A DNA stretch of 64,000 bases from an uncultured Trueperaceae bacterium (GCA_963799485.1 CAWCXJ010000008.1:224001-288000); one strand, 5' to 3'. Positions 34,788 through 46,142 are shown, numbered from the stretch's first letter. Program-made: numbers and translations. The notes: generated by a model from the letters alone, not told the origin.

Positions 34788-34858
34788 GTAACGAGCAACG
34801 AGCAATGAGCAACGAGATGAAGTACTTGCCTCGTTGCTCACTGCTCCGCACTCATTGC
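34788..34858. repeat. Heptamer tandem/inverted repeat hairpin between accB and accC
   Basis: (GCAACGA/GCAATGA)x4 facing (TCGTTGC/TCACTGC/TCATTGC)x3-4. Confidence 0.8.
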
Positions 34859-34864
34859 TGCTTT

Positions 34865-35356
<492 letters not shown>

Positions 35357-35360
35357 CTGT

Positions 35361-35918
35361 TTAGGCGCGGCCCAGATAGTCGCCGCTGCGGGTGTCAACC
35401 CGAATCGTTTCGCCCTGGTCGATAAAAAGCGGTACCGCGACGGTTGCGCCGGTCTCCAACACTGCCGGTTTCGAACCGCCTGAAACCGTATCGCCCTTCA
35501 CGCCGGGGTCGGTCTGGGTAATGGTCAGCGCGACGACGTTCGGCAGCGTGACCTTGAGCGCCTTGTCCTGAAAATAATCGACCGTGACCTCCATCGATTC
35601 TTTTAAGAACTTGACCGGCGTCCCGATTTGCTCGGCGGTCAGGGTGGGCTGCTCGAAGGTTTCGGTGTCCATGAAGGTGTACACGTCACCATCAGAATAG
35701 AGGTACTGCATGGTGCGGTAGTCGATAAAGATGTCTTGGAGTTTTTCACCCGAGTTGAAGGTGCGCTCGACAATCGAGCCGGTTTCCATGTTGCGAAACT
35801 TCGTCACGACTTTCGCCCCGCCGCGCCCCATCTTGAGGTGCGAGTACTCTAAGCACTCCCAGAGCCCGCCGTCCATCTCGACTTTGGTGCCGTTACGCAG
35901 TTCGGTTACGCTGATCAT
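35361..35918 (-). CDS. efp: Elongation factor P
   Basis: KMGRGGA loop, PGVKGDT, VPLFI; SD GGAGG. Confidence 0.97.
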   Translation of the reverse strand: MISVTELRNGTKVEMDGGLWECLEYSHLKMGRGGAKVVTKFRNMETGSIVERTFNSGEKLQDIFIDYRTMQYLYSDGDVYTFMDTETFEQPTLTAEQIGTPVKFLKESMEVTVDYFQDKALKVTLPNVVALTITQTDPGVKGDTVSGGSKPAVLETGATVAVPLFIDQGETIRVDTRSGDYLGRA

Positions 35919-36052
35919 CTTTCCTCCATTGGTCGCCACATATTCGGTATATTTCAGGCAAGCGGGCGCAAACCCCGTCGTTGCGCCGACAAAAGCTATT
36001 GCAGCCAGTTTAACACCCGTGTCAATCGGGGTGCCTCAACCGCACGCTACAC

Positions 36053-36964
36053 CTAGTCGAAGCTGATGAACGTTCCGCTTAGACCCGATTCGGCGACGTC
36101 GCCGGAGAGTTCTTCCGGACTGAGGAGCTTCCCGCCGGTTACGGCGACGAAGGCGGCCTCGAGCACATTCGTCGGCACACTTCGGCCCCCCAAGCGCGGC
36201 GTCGTTGTGACCAGGAGCGACGCCCCACGTTGCCGTAAAAGTTCGGCGTCGTTTTGCGTGGTCGTATTCGTCAGGATGATTTTGCCGTCCAGACGCTCCG
36301 GCAAATAGCGGCGGATAAAGTGCCAGTCTCCGGCGACGACGTCGGCCTCGCCGTAAATCCTTTCATAAAACGGGCTCAGCTTTCGGCCCTGCTCTTGTGC
36401 GCTGCCGGTTGGGTAGAGCAGACTGATAGGCAACTTTGTGATAACCGGCAGAAGCACCGCCGCCAGCATCCGCAGCTGACGAACGCCGTAAACGAGTTTG
36501 GGAATACCCAGCGCAAACGCCAGATCGCCGAAGGCGACCTTTGCGCCGGTTTGGGTTAAAGCTTTAGCCATCCCGAAACGGTCTACGGCTGAAACCATCA
36601 GCACTCTTTTGTTCTCGAGGGGTATTCGGTAGTTTAATTTTTCTACTACGACGCGCTCGAGGCTTCTCTTGAGCCCTGCCCCGCACACGACCGGCGTTGC
36701 CTTTGCCTGCGCCGCCAACCGCGCCCCCTGCCGCAGCGTATAACGCCTGTCGCCGACGTAAAAGTAAAGGTCGAGTCCGCCTAACCCAATGGCGTCCACC
36801 GGGCCGTGAACGCCCGTATCAAGCGCACGAATCAGCGCCGCCGCCCGCTTTACGTCAGCGTCTGTCCCAAGCCGCCGCACTTCGACCGCAACGCCTAAAA
36901 GGTTCAGGACTTCCAAAAAATCACGCTTGGAAGACCCCAAGGAGACGCTGACGACGTGTTTCAC
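36053..36964 (-). CDS. Conserved protein (family often labelled quinate 5-dehydrogenase; function unverified)
   Basis: VVSVSLGSSKRD, DAIGLGG, SAVDRFGMA, TTTPRLGGRS; leaderless TAAACT-N7-GTG. Confidence 0.7.
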   Translation of the reverse strand: MKHVVSVSLGSSKRDFLEVLNLLGVAVEVRRLGTDADVKRAAALIRALDTGVHGPVDAIGLGGLDLYFYVGDRRYTLRQGARLAAQAKATPVVCGAGLKRSLERVVVEKLNYRIPLENKRVLMVSAVDRFGMAKALTQTGAKVAFGDLAFALGIPKLVYGVRQLRMLAAVLLPVITKLPISLLYPTGSAQEQGRKLSPFYERIYGEADVVAGDWHFIRRYLPERLDGKIILTNTTTQNDAELLRQRGASLLVTTTPRLGGRSVPTNVLEAAFVAVTGGKLLSPEELSGDVAESGLSGTFISFD

Positions 36965-37079
36965 GTAGTTGAGTTTACCCTAATGTGTAAAAGCGACAAG
37001 CTTGAGATTGGGTACGGCTCGCGGCAGTAGCGCCTACAGCTAACCTGGGTGACGTAATAAGTGAGACGCATAAGTAAAG

Positions 37080-37179
37080 CCCCGCCGGTTTTCAGCGGCA
37101 CCTGACGATCACCCCTTATGGCTGCTTCTTCCGACCTGACCAGGTTCGAGGGTCGCCACCGCGCTGAGCCGACGGAGCG
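37080..37179 (-). ncRNA. ffs: Signal recognition particle RNA (4.5S)
   Basis: GAACCUGGUCAGGUCGGAAGAAGCAGCCAUAAG core, paired ends, TAGGCT -10 just upstream. Confidence 0.9.
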
Positions 37180-37286
37180 AGCTCAAGCCTAGCACAACCG
37201 GATAAAAGGCTGCAAACAAGTACGCACATCTTGGAATGGCCCGCCAAGACTCTTTTTACGGTAAAAAGCAGCTATGCTGGTGCGTA

Positions 37287-37531
37287 TGAAAAGCGAAACT
37301 TTAAGTCACTATCTGGGGCAGCCCGGTTTGCGCGAGCAGCTCGCGGGTGCTGAGGACGCGGTGGTCGGGATTGGACGCGATCCCGAAGACTCGAGGCAGA
37401 GCTGCATCGTGCTTTACGTGCCGCCGGAGTTTTCGCGCCCGTTACCTGAAACTGTCACATTAGGCGGCGAAACGGTGCGCGTCGTGCGGCGTGAACGCGG
37501 TGGTCCGCTGCGCGCCTACGCCGCCGAGTAA
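37287..37531 (+). CDS. Small protein resembling the pro-domain of the adjacent protease
   Basis: VVGIGR..CIVLYV..LPETV..VRVV..GPLRA; leaderless TATGCT-N7-ATG. Confidence 0.65.
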
Positions 37532-37552
37532 AATGCGTTCCGGGGGCACACT

Positions 37553-38491
37553 ATGACGAAGCTGTCGCACGACTTTGTAGACCTGCTCGCCGGGGTTCAG
37601 CTGCCGCCTGAGGTCAAGGCGGTCGGGGTCACGCGCCATAACGCTCAGGACGCGCTGCTCGTCGTTCTCCGGGAACGCGGGGTGCGGGCGTTCGGCGCTG
37701 AAACCATGCAAGACCTGTTTAGTAGCGTGTCGGGTTTGCCGCTGGTGATGCGCGAAGTTTCCGGCGAGTTGCGCGCCACCGGGCAGTTGCCGGTCGCGCA
37801 AAGTCAGGCGCTGACGCCTGAGCAAGAAGTTCTCGAGCCTGTCGTCCTCGGGGCGCAGGTGCAAAACGGCAGTGCCGACGAGCGTTTGGGCGGCTACGGT
37901 GTCGGGACGCTCGGTGCGTTTGCCCAAAATGCCGAGGGTCAAGCGGTTCTCCTAAGTAATAATCACGTCATCGCTGCTGAAAACGACGCCGAGGTCGGCG
38001 ACCTTGTCTTTCAAGCGCAGCGGGGGCGAGGGCGCGCCCTCGCAAAACTCTCGGCGTGGGTGCCGATTACGCTCGACGCCCCCAACCGTGTTGACATCGC
38101 CAGTGCGGTGATAGACGCCGACGCTGCGTTTGAAAACAGCTTTTTACCCCTCCGAAACCGCCCTGACCCGGTTGGCTTGGCTGCGCCTAGAATCGGGGCC
38201 AAGGTCTTCAAAGTCGGGCGCACGAGCGGCCTCACTTTCGGTTCGGTTACGGCGATTGCCGCGCGTGTTCCAGGTGTCGGCTACGGTATCGGCAGCGCCG
38301 CGTTTGAAAACAGTTTTATTATTGAAGGGCAAGGGGGCGGGACTTTCAGCGCCCCTGGTGACAGCGGCAGCGGCATCTACGATATGCGCGGTCGCTTGGT
38401 TGGGTTCTTGTATGCCGGGGACGGGACGATTACGCTCGCTTGTCCGGCAGGGGAGGCGCTCTCGGCTCTTTCCTCGAGCCTTCAGGTTTAA
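37553..38491 (+). CDS. Trypsin-like (S1, Nal1-like) serine protease
   Basis: GTLG, LSNNHV (His), VDIA (Asp), KVGRTSGLT, GDSGS (Ser). Confidence 0.9.
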   Translation: MTKLSHDFVDLLAGVQLPPEVKAVGVTRHNAQDALLVVLRERGVRAFGAETMQDLFSSVSGLPLVMREVSGELRATGQLPVAQSQALTPEQEVLEPVVLGAQVQNGSADERLGGYGVGTLGAFAQNAEGQAVLLSNNHVIAAENDAEVGDLVFQAQRGRGRALAKLSAWVPITLDAPNRVDIASAVIDADAAFENSFLPLRNRPDPVGLAAPRIGAKVFKVGRTSGLTFGSVTAIAARVPGVGYGIGSAAFENSFIIEGQGGGTFSAPGDSGSGIYDMRGRLVGFLYAGDGTITLACPAGEALSALSSSLQV

Positions 38492-38637
38492 CTAGTGGCG
38501 CGTAACGAAACCCCTTATCCGGTAGCGCGCAGGCTCTTTTGCGAAGCTCTCGTCAGGTTTAGCGCCTGTGTTTTAGCTCGCGATACTGCTGCCGAAGGGC
38601 TACAGCCACACGCTAAGTACGGTGCTAGACTCTGTTT

Positions 38638-39786
38638 ATGAACCTGCTCACCAAAGCCGCGTCCGGAGAGCGGTTATCCCCCGAAGAAGCCGTCAAGCTC
38701 TACGACCTGCCGCTTTTCGACCTCGCTGCCGCCGCTCACGCCGTTCGGCAACAGCGCACCGACCCCGAGGTCGTGACTTACCTCATCGACCGCAACATCA
38801 ACTACTCGAACGTCTGTAACGTCGGTTGCGCCTTTTGCGGGTTTTACCGCACGCGCAATCAAGAGGGCGCGTACACGCTTTCGTTCGAAGACATCAGCGA
38901 CAAGATTTGGGAGCTCGAGGCCGTTCACGGCACCCGTATCCTGATGCAGGGCGGCGTCAATCAGTACCTACCTTTTAGCTGGTATCTGGATTTGATGCAG
39001 CACCTCAAAACGCGGCACCCGACGATTCGCGTCGAGGCATTTTCACCTGAAGAGATCAAAGGGATGGCGAAACTGACCGGCATGACAAGCGCCCAAGTTC
39101 TTGAAGAGCTGCAAGCTGCGGGCCTCGACGGACTTCCCGGCGGCGGCGGTGAGATGCTCGTAGACGCGGTGCGGCACGCGCGTCACATCTCACCGGCGCG
39201 TATTTCGTCGGATGACTGGATTCGCATCATGGGTGAAGCGCAAGAGCTGGGCCTTTACACGACCGCGACGATGGTTATCGGTTTCGGTGAGACGCCCGCG
39301 CAGCGCGTTGAGAGTATGCGCCGCGTCCGTGAGCAACAAGATATTGCCGCCGCCACCCACAGCAACGGTTTTTCGGCGTTTATCTCGTGGACGCTGCAGA
39401 CGGAGGGCGTCCGTGTGAGCGGCAAAGTACCCGGCGCAGGCGCACACGAATATCTACAAAACCTGGCGGTCAGCCGGATATTTCTTGACAATATGCCGAA
39501 CTTTCAAGCGTCATGGCCGACGATGGGCCATAAAATCGCGCAAACAGCGCTATTCTTCGGAGCCAACGACTACGGTTCGACGATGTTAGAAGAAAACGTC
39601 GTCTCACAAGCCGGGGCCAAACACCGACGCGTCAACGAACGTGAAATCATCCGGCAGATTACCGAAGCGGGCTTTAGGCCGGTGCAGCGCGGCAGTCTTT
39701 ACGAGACCATCCGGGTTCCCGACGCAGCGGCAATTTTAGCGGACAAACCGCAGATCGATTTTGGGGCGCTCAAGACCGCCTTCTAA
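38638..39786 (+). CDS. mqnC: Cyclic dehypoxanthinyl futalosine synthase (radical SAM)
   Basis: IDRNINYSNVCNVGCAFC, LPGGGGE, GANDYGSTMLEENVV. Confidence 0.92.
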   Translation: MNLLTKAASGERLSPEEAVKLYDLPLFDLAAAAHAVRQQRTDPEVVTYLIDRNINYSNVCNVGCAFCGFYRTRNQEGAYTLSFEDISDKIWELEAVHGTRILMQGGVNQYLPFSWYLDLMQHLKTRHPTIRVEAFSPEEIKGMAKLTGMTSAQVLEELQAAGLDGLPGGGGEMLVDAVRHARHISPARISSDDWIRIMGEAQELGLYTTATMVIGFGETPAQRVESMRRVREQQDIAAATHSNGFSAFISWTLQTEGVRVSGKVPGAGAHEYLQNLAVSRIFLDNMPNFQASWPTMGHKIAQTALFFGANDYGSTMLEENVVSQAGAKHRRVNEREIIRQITEAGFRPVQRGSLYETIRVPDAAAILADKPQIDFGALKTAF

Positions 39787-39830
39787 AACCCTGTAATGGA
39801 CTGTTCTATACTGCGGTATGGGTACTCAAC

Positions 39831-40391
39831 ATGGGTGAAGCTGCACTAAAACTTAAACCGCTGTCGGTAGACGCGTATTTACAGCTCGAGGCGAGCAGCA
39901 AAGTTAAACACGAACTGGTAGATGGTCAGCTGTACGCTTTCGCCGGTGCTTCTGACAAACACAACCGCGTCGCAGGTAATATCTACTTCCGCATCCGTCA
40001 GAGCCTAAAAGCGGATTGCCGCGCGTATATAAGTGATATGAAGTTGCGGGTACAAGCTGAATTTGTAGACAAATTTTACTATCCCGACGTGATGGTGACG
40101 TGCAGCGAAAGCGATACGGGCGAGCTTTACAAAACTTCGCCGTCTCTGCTGGTCGAGGTGATGTCCCCGAGCACCGCGGGCGTTGACCGCCGTGAAAAGC
40201 TCATGGCTTACCAGGGTATACCGGAACTGCGCGACTACCTCATCGTCAGTGCGGATGAGCGGTATTTGGAGCGTTACCGCCGCGACGACACCGAGGGCTG
40301 GTGGTATCACGAGTACCGGCGAGACGGCACCGTAAAACTGCCTTATTTGGGGCTCAACCTGACGCTTGACGATATTTACGAAGGATTGTAG
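39831..40391 (+). CDS. Uma2 family endonuclease (DUF820)
   Basis: HELVDG, YPDVMV, LLVEVMSPST, DRREK. Confidence 0.92.
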   Translation: MGEAALKLKPLSVDAYLQLEASSKVKHELVDGQLYAFAGASDKHNRVAGNIYFRIRQSLKADCRAYISDMKLRVQAEFVDKFYYPDVMVTCSESDTGELYKTSPSLLVEVMSPSTAGVDRREKLMAYQGIPELRDYLIVSADERYLERYRRDDTEGWWYHEYRRDGTVKLPYLGLNLTLDDIYEGL

Positions 40392-41063
40392 GTGACAGAC
40401 GGGCTAATTGCACGTGTCACTGAACCATTGCACCGTGACAAAAACGTGTGTGGCGTTTTGCTGACAGGCTCGAGGGCCAGAGGAGACGCCTGTCCTGGTT
40501 CAGATTTAGATTTGCTCGTCTTGGTACACTCTTTAACCGAATCGTCGTTTTGTTCTGAAATGATAGATGATGTGCTTGTCGAGCGACATATTCGGGATAG
40601 GGCAGGAGCAGAAGCACGTTTGCTCGAGAACCCAATGGAACTCTACAGTTATCTAGACGGTCGCGCGGTTTACGATCCTGATGGTTTGCTCGCTGAGCTG
40701 ACGAAAATTGCCAAAGACCGTTTTGAAAGTTACCAAACACCTGCCCGTAAAAAGTCAGCTCTTTACTGGCTCAAAAGCACTTCGCTCAAACTAAGCGCGG
40801 CGATGGCTGCGGGCGACATGCCAAAACTCGGGTACTATACAAGCCTCAACAGCTGGAAAGTTTTAGAAGGGCTGTGGGCGCTCAGTGATAAACCGGTGCC
40901 GCCTGCGGGCGCGGTTTGGGCACATTTGCCGGATTTGCGAGCTGTGCCTGAAGGTTTAGAAGTGTCTCTCCGAGAGCTTTTTGAAGGTGCGCCTTCGGGA
41001 AGGGCGCAGGTGATGCTCGAGCTTATAGACTGGCTACTCGAGCGCGAAAAGAGGAAACCGTGA
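40392..41063 (+). CDS. Pol-beta-type nucleotidyltransferase domain protein
   Basis: GSRARGD...SDLDL motif plus helical C-terminal domain. Confidence 0.8.
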   Translation: MTDGLIARVTEPLHRDKNVCGVLLTGSRARGDACPGSDLDLLVLVHSLTESSFCSEMIDDVLVERHIRDRAGAEARLLENPMELYSYLDGRAVYDPDGLLAELTKIAKDRFESYQTPARKKSALYWLKSTSLKLSAAMAAGDMPKLGYYTSLNSWKVLEGLWALSDKPVPPAGAVWAHLPDLRAVPEGLEVSLRELFEGAPSGRAQVMLELIDWLLEREKRKP

Positions 41064-41543
41064 AATACAAGCAGCTGGGTCAAAGTAACGTGCAGGTCAG
41101 CGAAATCGGCTACGGCTGCATGTCTCTGGGTCAAGACCATACCGGAAACATCAAGCTTTTGCACCGAGCACTCGAGCTGGGCGTCACCTTTTTCGACACC
41201 GCCGACCTTTACGACAGGGGTTTTAACGAGGAGAGCGTCGGAAGAGCGTTTACGGGAATGCGTGAGCAGGTCGTCATCGCCAGCAAGGTGGGCAACCGCT
41301 GGCGAGAAGACGGTACAAGCTGGGATTGGGACGCGTCGCCGGCGTATATCCGGCAGGCTATCGAAGCGAGCTTGAAACGGTTGCAAACCGATTATCTTGA
41401 TTTGTACCAGCTTCACGGCGGCACTTTGGACGACATTGACAGTGTGATTGAAACGTTTGAAGGTCTGAAGGCGCAGGGGCTGATTCGCGCTTACGGGATT
41501 TCGTCGATTCGGCCCAACGTCATCCGGGAGTGGGTTAAAAAGT
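41060..41543 (+). pseudogene. Aldo/keto reductase truncated at the 3' end
   Basis: IGYGCMSLG, DTADLY, DLYQLH, YGISS; homology ends at ..REWVKKS and the frame runs into AT-rich foreign DNA. Confidence 0.85.
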
Positions 41544-41679
41544 CGTTTACCAAAACCTATACGGCGGTGAAAATGTCTGTTACGGTCTATTGTGATAGGA
41601 GTTCTTTGGTTCGCATAAACCTGAGCTTCTCTCTTTCTCTTCCCAGCTGTCAACTAGCATCCTTTGTAGTAATTTCTTT

Positions 41680-41983
41680 TAAGTACCCTAACAGAAATAG
41701 CTTAAACTGAGAAAATGGCGAAGGTCAAAACGATTGTACTGAGCGAAGTTCAACTTGGACAAAACGGCACCTCCTGGACCTGTTCGCAATCTTATCGAAA
41801 GTCTCTGGCGCAAGCTCAAGTATCAATGGCTAAGACCTCAAGCTTACCTTTGCGAAGACAACCTCTTTTACGCCGTTACGCAAATCCTCGCTGCTGTAGG
41901 CCGTGACCTCATTGTAGGCCGTGACCTCATTCTCAACTTCGCAAGTTTCAATGCCGGTTCAAACTAGTCGTGGTGGGTACTTA
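41680..41983 (+). mobile_element. Internally deleted IS630-family element
   Basis: TAAGTACCC terminal inverted repeats with TA ends; short N-terminus MAKVKTIVLSE joined to C-terminal NLIESLWRKLKYQWL. Confidence 0.8.
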
Positions 41984-42170
41984 GGACTGCTACCCGACCC
42001 GTAAATGACCCTCGGCGAAAGCTGTTAAGCCGCCGTTTGGGTCAGCGTAGTACCGATCTTCTGCCACACCGAAATAATGCGCGGACAGACAGGCTACCGC
42101 ACGCGCGCGCAGGCTTGGTATACTCGTATGTTTACGGAGCAGGTGCGCCCTGCTTATCCAAGGAGGCACG

Positions 42171-45035
42171 TTGCAAAACCTTGTCATCCGCGGCGCTCGA
42201 GCACACAACCTCAAAAACGTCTCGACCACGCTTCCCAGAGACAGCTTTATCGTTTTTACCGGTGTGTCCGGTTCAGGCAAATCGACGCTCGCTTTCGATA
42301 CCATTTACGCCGAAGGGCAGCGCCGCTACGTTGAAAGTTTGTCGGCCTACGCGCGGCAGTTTTTAGGCTTGATGGACAAACCCGACGTCGACAGCATCGA
42401 AGGTTTATCGCCTGCTATCAGCATCGACCAGAAGACGACCTCGCACAATCCGCGTTCGACGGTCGGCACCGTCACCGAAATTCACGACTATTTGCGGCTG
42501 CTCTTTGCGCGTGCCGGAACACCGCACTGCCCGATTTGCGGGCGCGTGATTGAAAAACAGTCGGCCTCGGAAATCGTCGACCGGATGCTGGAGCGCTTTA
42601 GCGACCAGCGTGCGCTCGTGATCGCGCCGCTCGTCCGGGGACGCAAAGGTGAATATAAAAAGCTCTTTGAAGGGCTCAAAAAAGAAGGTTTTGCCCGCGT
42701 CCGAGTCGACGGTGAAGTCCAAACGCTCGACGAAGCTTTGAAGCTGACTCTCAAGAAGTACGAAAAACACGACATCGACATCGTCGTTGACCGCCTCAAG
42801 CTCAGCGAAAGCGACCGTTCACGGATTGCCGAATCGGTCGAGCTGGCCTTGCAAAAAGGTGAGGGCTTGATGCGGGTGTTTTTACCCGACAAAAATCAAG
42901 AAGAACTCTTTAGCGAGCGCTTCGCCTGCCCCGAACACGGGACGGTGTTAGAAGAACTCGAGCCCAGAGCGTTTTCGTTTAATTCGCCCTACGGCGCGTG
43001 CCCACACTGCACCGGCCTCGGCTACCGCTCCGAGTTCGACCCGGCGCTGATTATTCCCGACGACGAGCTGTCCATCGGACAAGGCACCATCGCACCGTGG
43101 AGCCAGGGACGCGGCGACGGGAACAAGGTCTTTTACTGGGACAGAATCAAGGCGCTCGCCGAGCATCTGGACTTCGATGTCCGCACCCCTTGGCAAGAGC
43201 TGCCGGAAAAGGTGCAGAAGACGCTCCTACGCGGCTCCCGTGAGCCCATCGAGGTCGTCTACAAACGCGGCGACCGCGAGACGATGCGCTTTAACGTCGA
43301 GTTTGAAGGCGTGATTCCCAACCTCGAGCGCCGCTTGCGCGAAGCCACCTCGGATTACGCTCGGGAGAAGCTCGAGGCGTTTATGTCGCTCGTTCCCTGC
43401 CCCAAATGCCACGGCACCCGCTACAAACCCGAGGTGTTGTCGGTGACGGTCGCTGAGCGCAACATTGCCGAGCTTTCGGGTATGACCGTTTTAGAAGCCA
43501 GGGCATTTTTTGCCGCGCTGAACCTGCCCGAACCGGGCGGAGCCATCGCCGCACCCATCATGCGCGAGGTCGGCGCACGGCTCGGGTTTTTGGAAAACGT
43601 CGGGCTCGACTATCTGACGCTCGACCGCAGCGCGAATACGCTCTCAGGCGGCGAGGCGCAGCGTATCCGGCTGGCGACGCAGGTCGGCAGCGGGCTTACC
43701 GGCGTGTTGTACGTTTTGGATGAGCCCTCTATCGGGTTGCACCCACGCGACAACGCGCGGCTCTTGCAAACGCTCCTCCACCTGCGCGATCTCGGCAATA
43801 CGCTCATCGTCGTCGAACACGACGAGGAAACCATGCGGGCCGCCGACTACCTCGTTGACTTGGGGCCGGGAGCCGGGGTTCACGGCGGCGAGATCATCGC
43901 CGAAGGGACGCCGGACGCGCTGATGCAAGACCCGAACTCGCTGACCGCAGCCTATTTGCGTGGGGACAAAAAGATCGAGGTACCGAGCAAGCGGCGGGGC
44001 GGCAGCGGCAAACGCATTAAGATTTTGGGCGCTTCTGAGCACAACCTGCAAAACGTCAGCGTCGAGATTCCGCTGGGGACGCTCACCTGTATTACCGGCG
44101 CGTCGGGCTCGGGCAAGTCCACACTCGTTCACCGTATCCTGCACGCGAGTTTGGCCAAAGAGCTGTACCGCGCCAAAGAAGTACCGGGCGTGCACAAGGC
44201 GATTCAAGGTACCGAAAACATCGACAAGGTGATCGAGATCGACCAGGGCCCGATTGGGCGCACGCCGCGCAGCAACCCGGCGACGTACACCGGGATATTC
44301 ACCGAAATCCGCGACCTCTACACCCGCGCACCCGAAGCCCGTAAACGCGGCTACAAAGCTGGACGGTTTTCATTCAACGTCAAAGGTGGACGCTGCGAAG
44401 CGTGTAAGGGCGACGGGACGGTTAAAGTCGAGATGTACTTTTTGCCCGACATCTACGTGCCGTGCGAAGTTTGTAAGGGGGCGCGTTACAACCGCGAAAC
44501 CCTGGAGGTCAAAATTCGCGGCAAGTCTATCGCCGACGTTCTTGGTATGACTGTCGATGAAGGGGTGGGGTTTTTCGAAAACATTCCCAACATCGCGCGT
44601 AAACTGCAGCTGATGCAAGACGTAGGGCTGGGGTATATCAAGATCGGACAACCGTCGCCGACGCTTTCGGGAGGCGAAGCGCAGCGCGTAAAACTCGCTT
44701 CAGAACTCGGCAAGCGCAGCACCGGCAAAACGCTCTACATTCTGGACGAACCGACCACCGGCCTGCACTTCGCCGATGTGCAGCGGCTTTTGGGGGTTTT
44801 GCAACGCCTCGTCGAAGGGGGCAACACCCTGGTCGTAATCGAGCATAATATGGACGTGATTAAAACCGCCGACTGGCTTATCGATCTGGGGCCGGACGGG
44901 GGCTCGAGAGGCGGCACCGTCGTCGCCGAAGGTACGCCTGAAACCGTCGCTGTTCACCCGACCTCCTCGACCGGCGAATACCTGCGGCAAATTCCCGAAA
45001 TCGAGGCGCGCCTCCCCGAGCTGGCTCCCGCATGA
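42171..45035 (+). CDS. uvrA: Excinuclease ABC subunit A
   Basis: GARAHNLKN, two Walker A motifs, zinc fingers, LSGGEAQR x2. Confidence 0.98.
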   Translation: MQNLVIRGARAHNLKNVSTTLPRDSFIVFTGVSGSGKSTLAFDTIYAEGQRRYVESLSAYARQFLGLMDKPDVDSIEGLSPAISIDQKTTSHNPRSTVGTVTEIHDYLRLLFARAGTPHCPICGRVIEKQSASEIVDRMLERFSDQRALVIAPLVRGRKGEYKKLFEGLKKEGFARVRVDGEVQTLDEALKLTLKKYEKHDIDIVVDRLKLSESDRSRIAESVELALQKGEGLMRVFLPDKNQEELFSERFACPEHGTVLEELEPRAFSFNSPYGACPHCTGLGYRSEFDPALIIPDDELSIGQGTIAPWSQGRGDGNKVFYWDRIKALAEHLDFDVRTPWQELPEKVQKTLLRGSREPIEVVYKRGDRETMRFNVEFEGVIPNLERRLREATSDYAREKLEAFMSLVPCPKCHGTRYKPEVLSVTVAERNIAELSGMTVLEARAFFAALNLPEPGGAIAAPIMREVGARLGFLENVGLDYLTLDRSANTLSGGEAQRIRLATQVGSGLTGVLYVLDEPSIGLHPRDNARLLQTLLHLRDLGNTLIVVEHDEETMRAADYLVDLGPGAGVHGGEIIAEGTPDALMQDPNSLTAAYLRGDKKIEVPSKRRGGSGKRIKILGASEHNLQNVSVEIPLGTLTCITGASGSGKSTLVHRILHASLAKELYRAKEVPGVHKAIQGTENIDKVIEIDQGPIGRTPRSNPATYTGIFTEIRDLYTRAPEARKRGYKAGRFSFNVKGGRCEACKGDGTVKVEMYFLPDIYVPCEVCKGARYNRETLEVKIRGKSIADVLGMTVDEGVGFFENIPNIARKLQLMQDVGLGYIKIGQPSPTLSGGEAQRVKLASELGKRSTGKTLYILDEPTTGLHFADVQRLLGVLQRLVEGGNTLVVIEHNMDVIKTADWLIDLGPDGGSRGGTVVAEGTPETVAVHPTSSTGEYLRQIPEIEARLPELAPA

Positions 45036-45532
45036 CCCGGAGCCGCGCCACCCGCACCTCAGCCAACGCCACGTCTTATCTAATCGTCGGGACGTTTTTC
45101 TTTTTGCTCGCCGTGGTGTTGGCGGTCGCCCCTTTGCCTGTACTCGTTCGCAGTTTGGGTGTCGTTTTGTGCAGTTACGCCGCGCTTGCCTTTGCGGGTC
45201 TTCCCTTTGCGTTTGCGACGGCCCTGCTTGCCCCTGTTGCGGGTCTTCTTACAGGGGGCGAACCATGGCTCATTATGCTGCCACTGATGCTCGTTTCAGG
45301 CTTACTGGCGTTTTTAGGGCTCGACTATGCGTGGCGCTGGGGGGCGCTTATCGTCTCACCGCTGCTCTACGTTTTGCCTCAGCTCATCGTTTGGCAGCTT
45401 TCGCAACGCTCGCTTTTTGCTGTAGCCCTGCCGTGGAGTCCGTCGGCTCAGGTTTGGCTGGGGCTTCACGCGCTGGCGGCTGTAGGTGGAACTGCCGGTG
45501 CACTCGCCCTGACGCGTAGGCGTAGACGGTAG
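45032..45532 (+). CDS. Hydrophobic membrane protein
   Basis: About 5 TM helices; ATGA overlap with uvrA. Confidence 0.75.
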   Translation: MTRSRATRTSANATSYLIVGTFFFLLAVVLAVAPLPVLVRSLGVVLCSYAALAFAGLPFAFATALLAPVAGLLTGGEPWLIMLPLMLVSGLLAFLGLDYAWRWGALIVSPLLYVLPQLIVWQLSQRSLFAVALPWSPSAQVWLGLHALAAVGGTAGALALTRRRRR

Positions 45533-45536
45533 CTTT

Positions 45537-46142
45537 ATGAAAGACCTGCGGCGGCTCTGGTTTTACTATCTGGCTTCGTATCTGGTGCGGAACTACGCAC
45601 GAGTTTTCCGGCGGCTCAAAGTCGAGGGTCTAGAGCTCATCCCGCACTCCGAAGCTCGAGGTTTAATCATCGCCAGCAACCACGTATCGAACTTCGACCC
45701 GCCGCTCGTCGGTTCGCTCGTACCCCGCGAAATTCACTTTATGGCCAAACGTGAACTTTTCGAAACGCAGCCGCTCAGATGGGTTTGCGAACACCTCATG
45801 GCGTTTCCGATAGACCGTAGCAAGGGCGATACCAAAGGTATCAAAGAAGCGTTGCGGTTTCTCAAGAGTGGCGTCGCTGTCGGTATCTTTCCGCAAGGCA
45901 CGCGCAACGCCGGCGACGCGGCGGCGCAGGGCGGCGCAGCGTTTTTGGCGCAGCGCGCCGACGTGCCGCTGCAACCCGTCGCGATTTGGGAAGAGCGCGG
46001 ACGGTTGCGGGTACGTTTCGGCACCCCCATTTATCCCAAAGACAAATCGAAGGCCGAGATGCGCGCCTTGACCCAAACGCTTATGGCCCGGATTCACGAG
46101 CTACTTCCCGCTAAGGCGCAAAACACGTCGGACACGCACTAA
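45537..46142 (+). CDS. plsC: 1-acyl-sn-glycerol-3-phosphate acyltransferase family
   Basis: NHVSNFD, FMAKRELF, FPQGTR. Confidence 0.88.
   Translation: MKDLRRLWFYYLASYLVRNYARVFRRLKVEGLELIPHSEARGLIIASNHVSNFDPPLVGSLVPREIHFMAKRELFETQPLRWVCEHLMAFPIDRSKGDTKGIKEALRFLKSGVAVGIFPQGTRNAGDAAAQGGAAFLAQRADVPLQPVAIWEERGRLRVRFGTPIYPKDKSKAEMRALTQTLMARIHELLPAKAQNTSDTH

Noticed and set aside
39831..41063. Uma2 plus nucleotidyltransferase as a defence or toxin-antitoxin system
   Set aside because: Both are common stand-alone families; no HEPN RxxxxH partner or CD-NTase features are evident.
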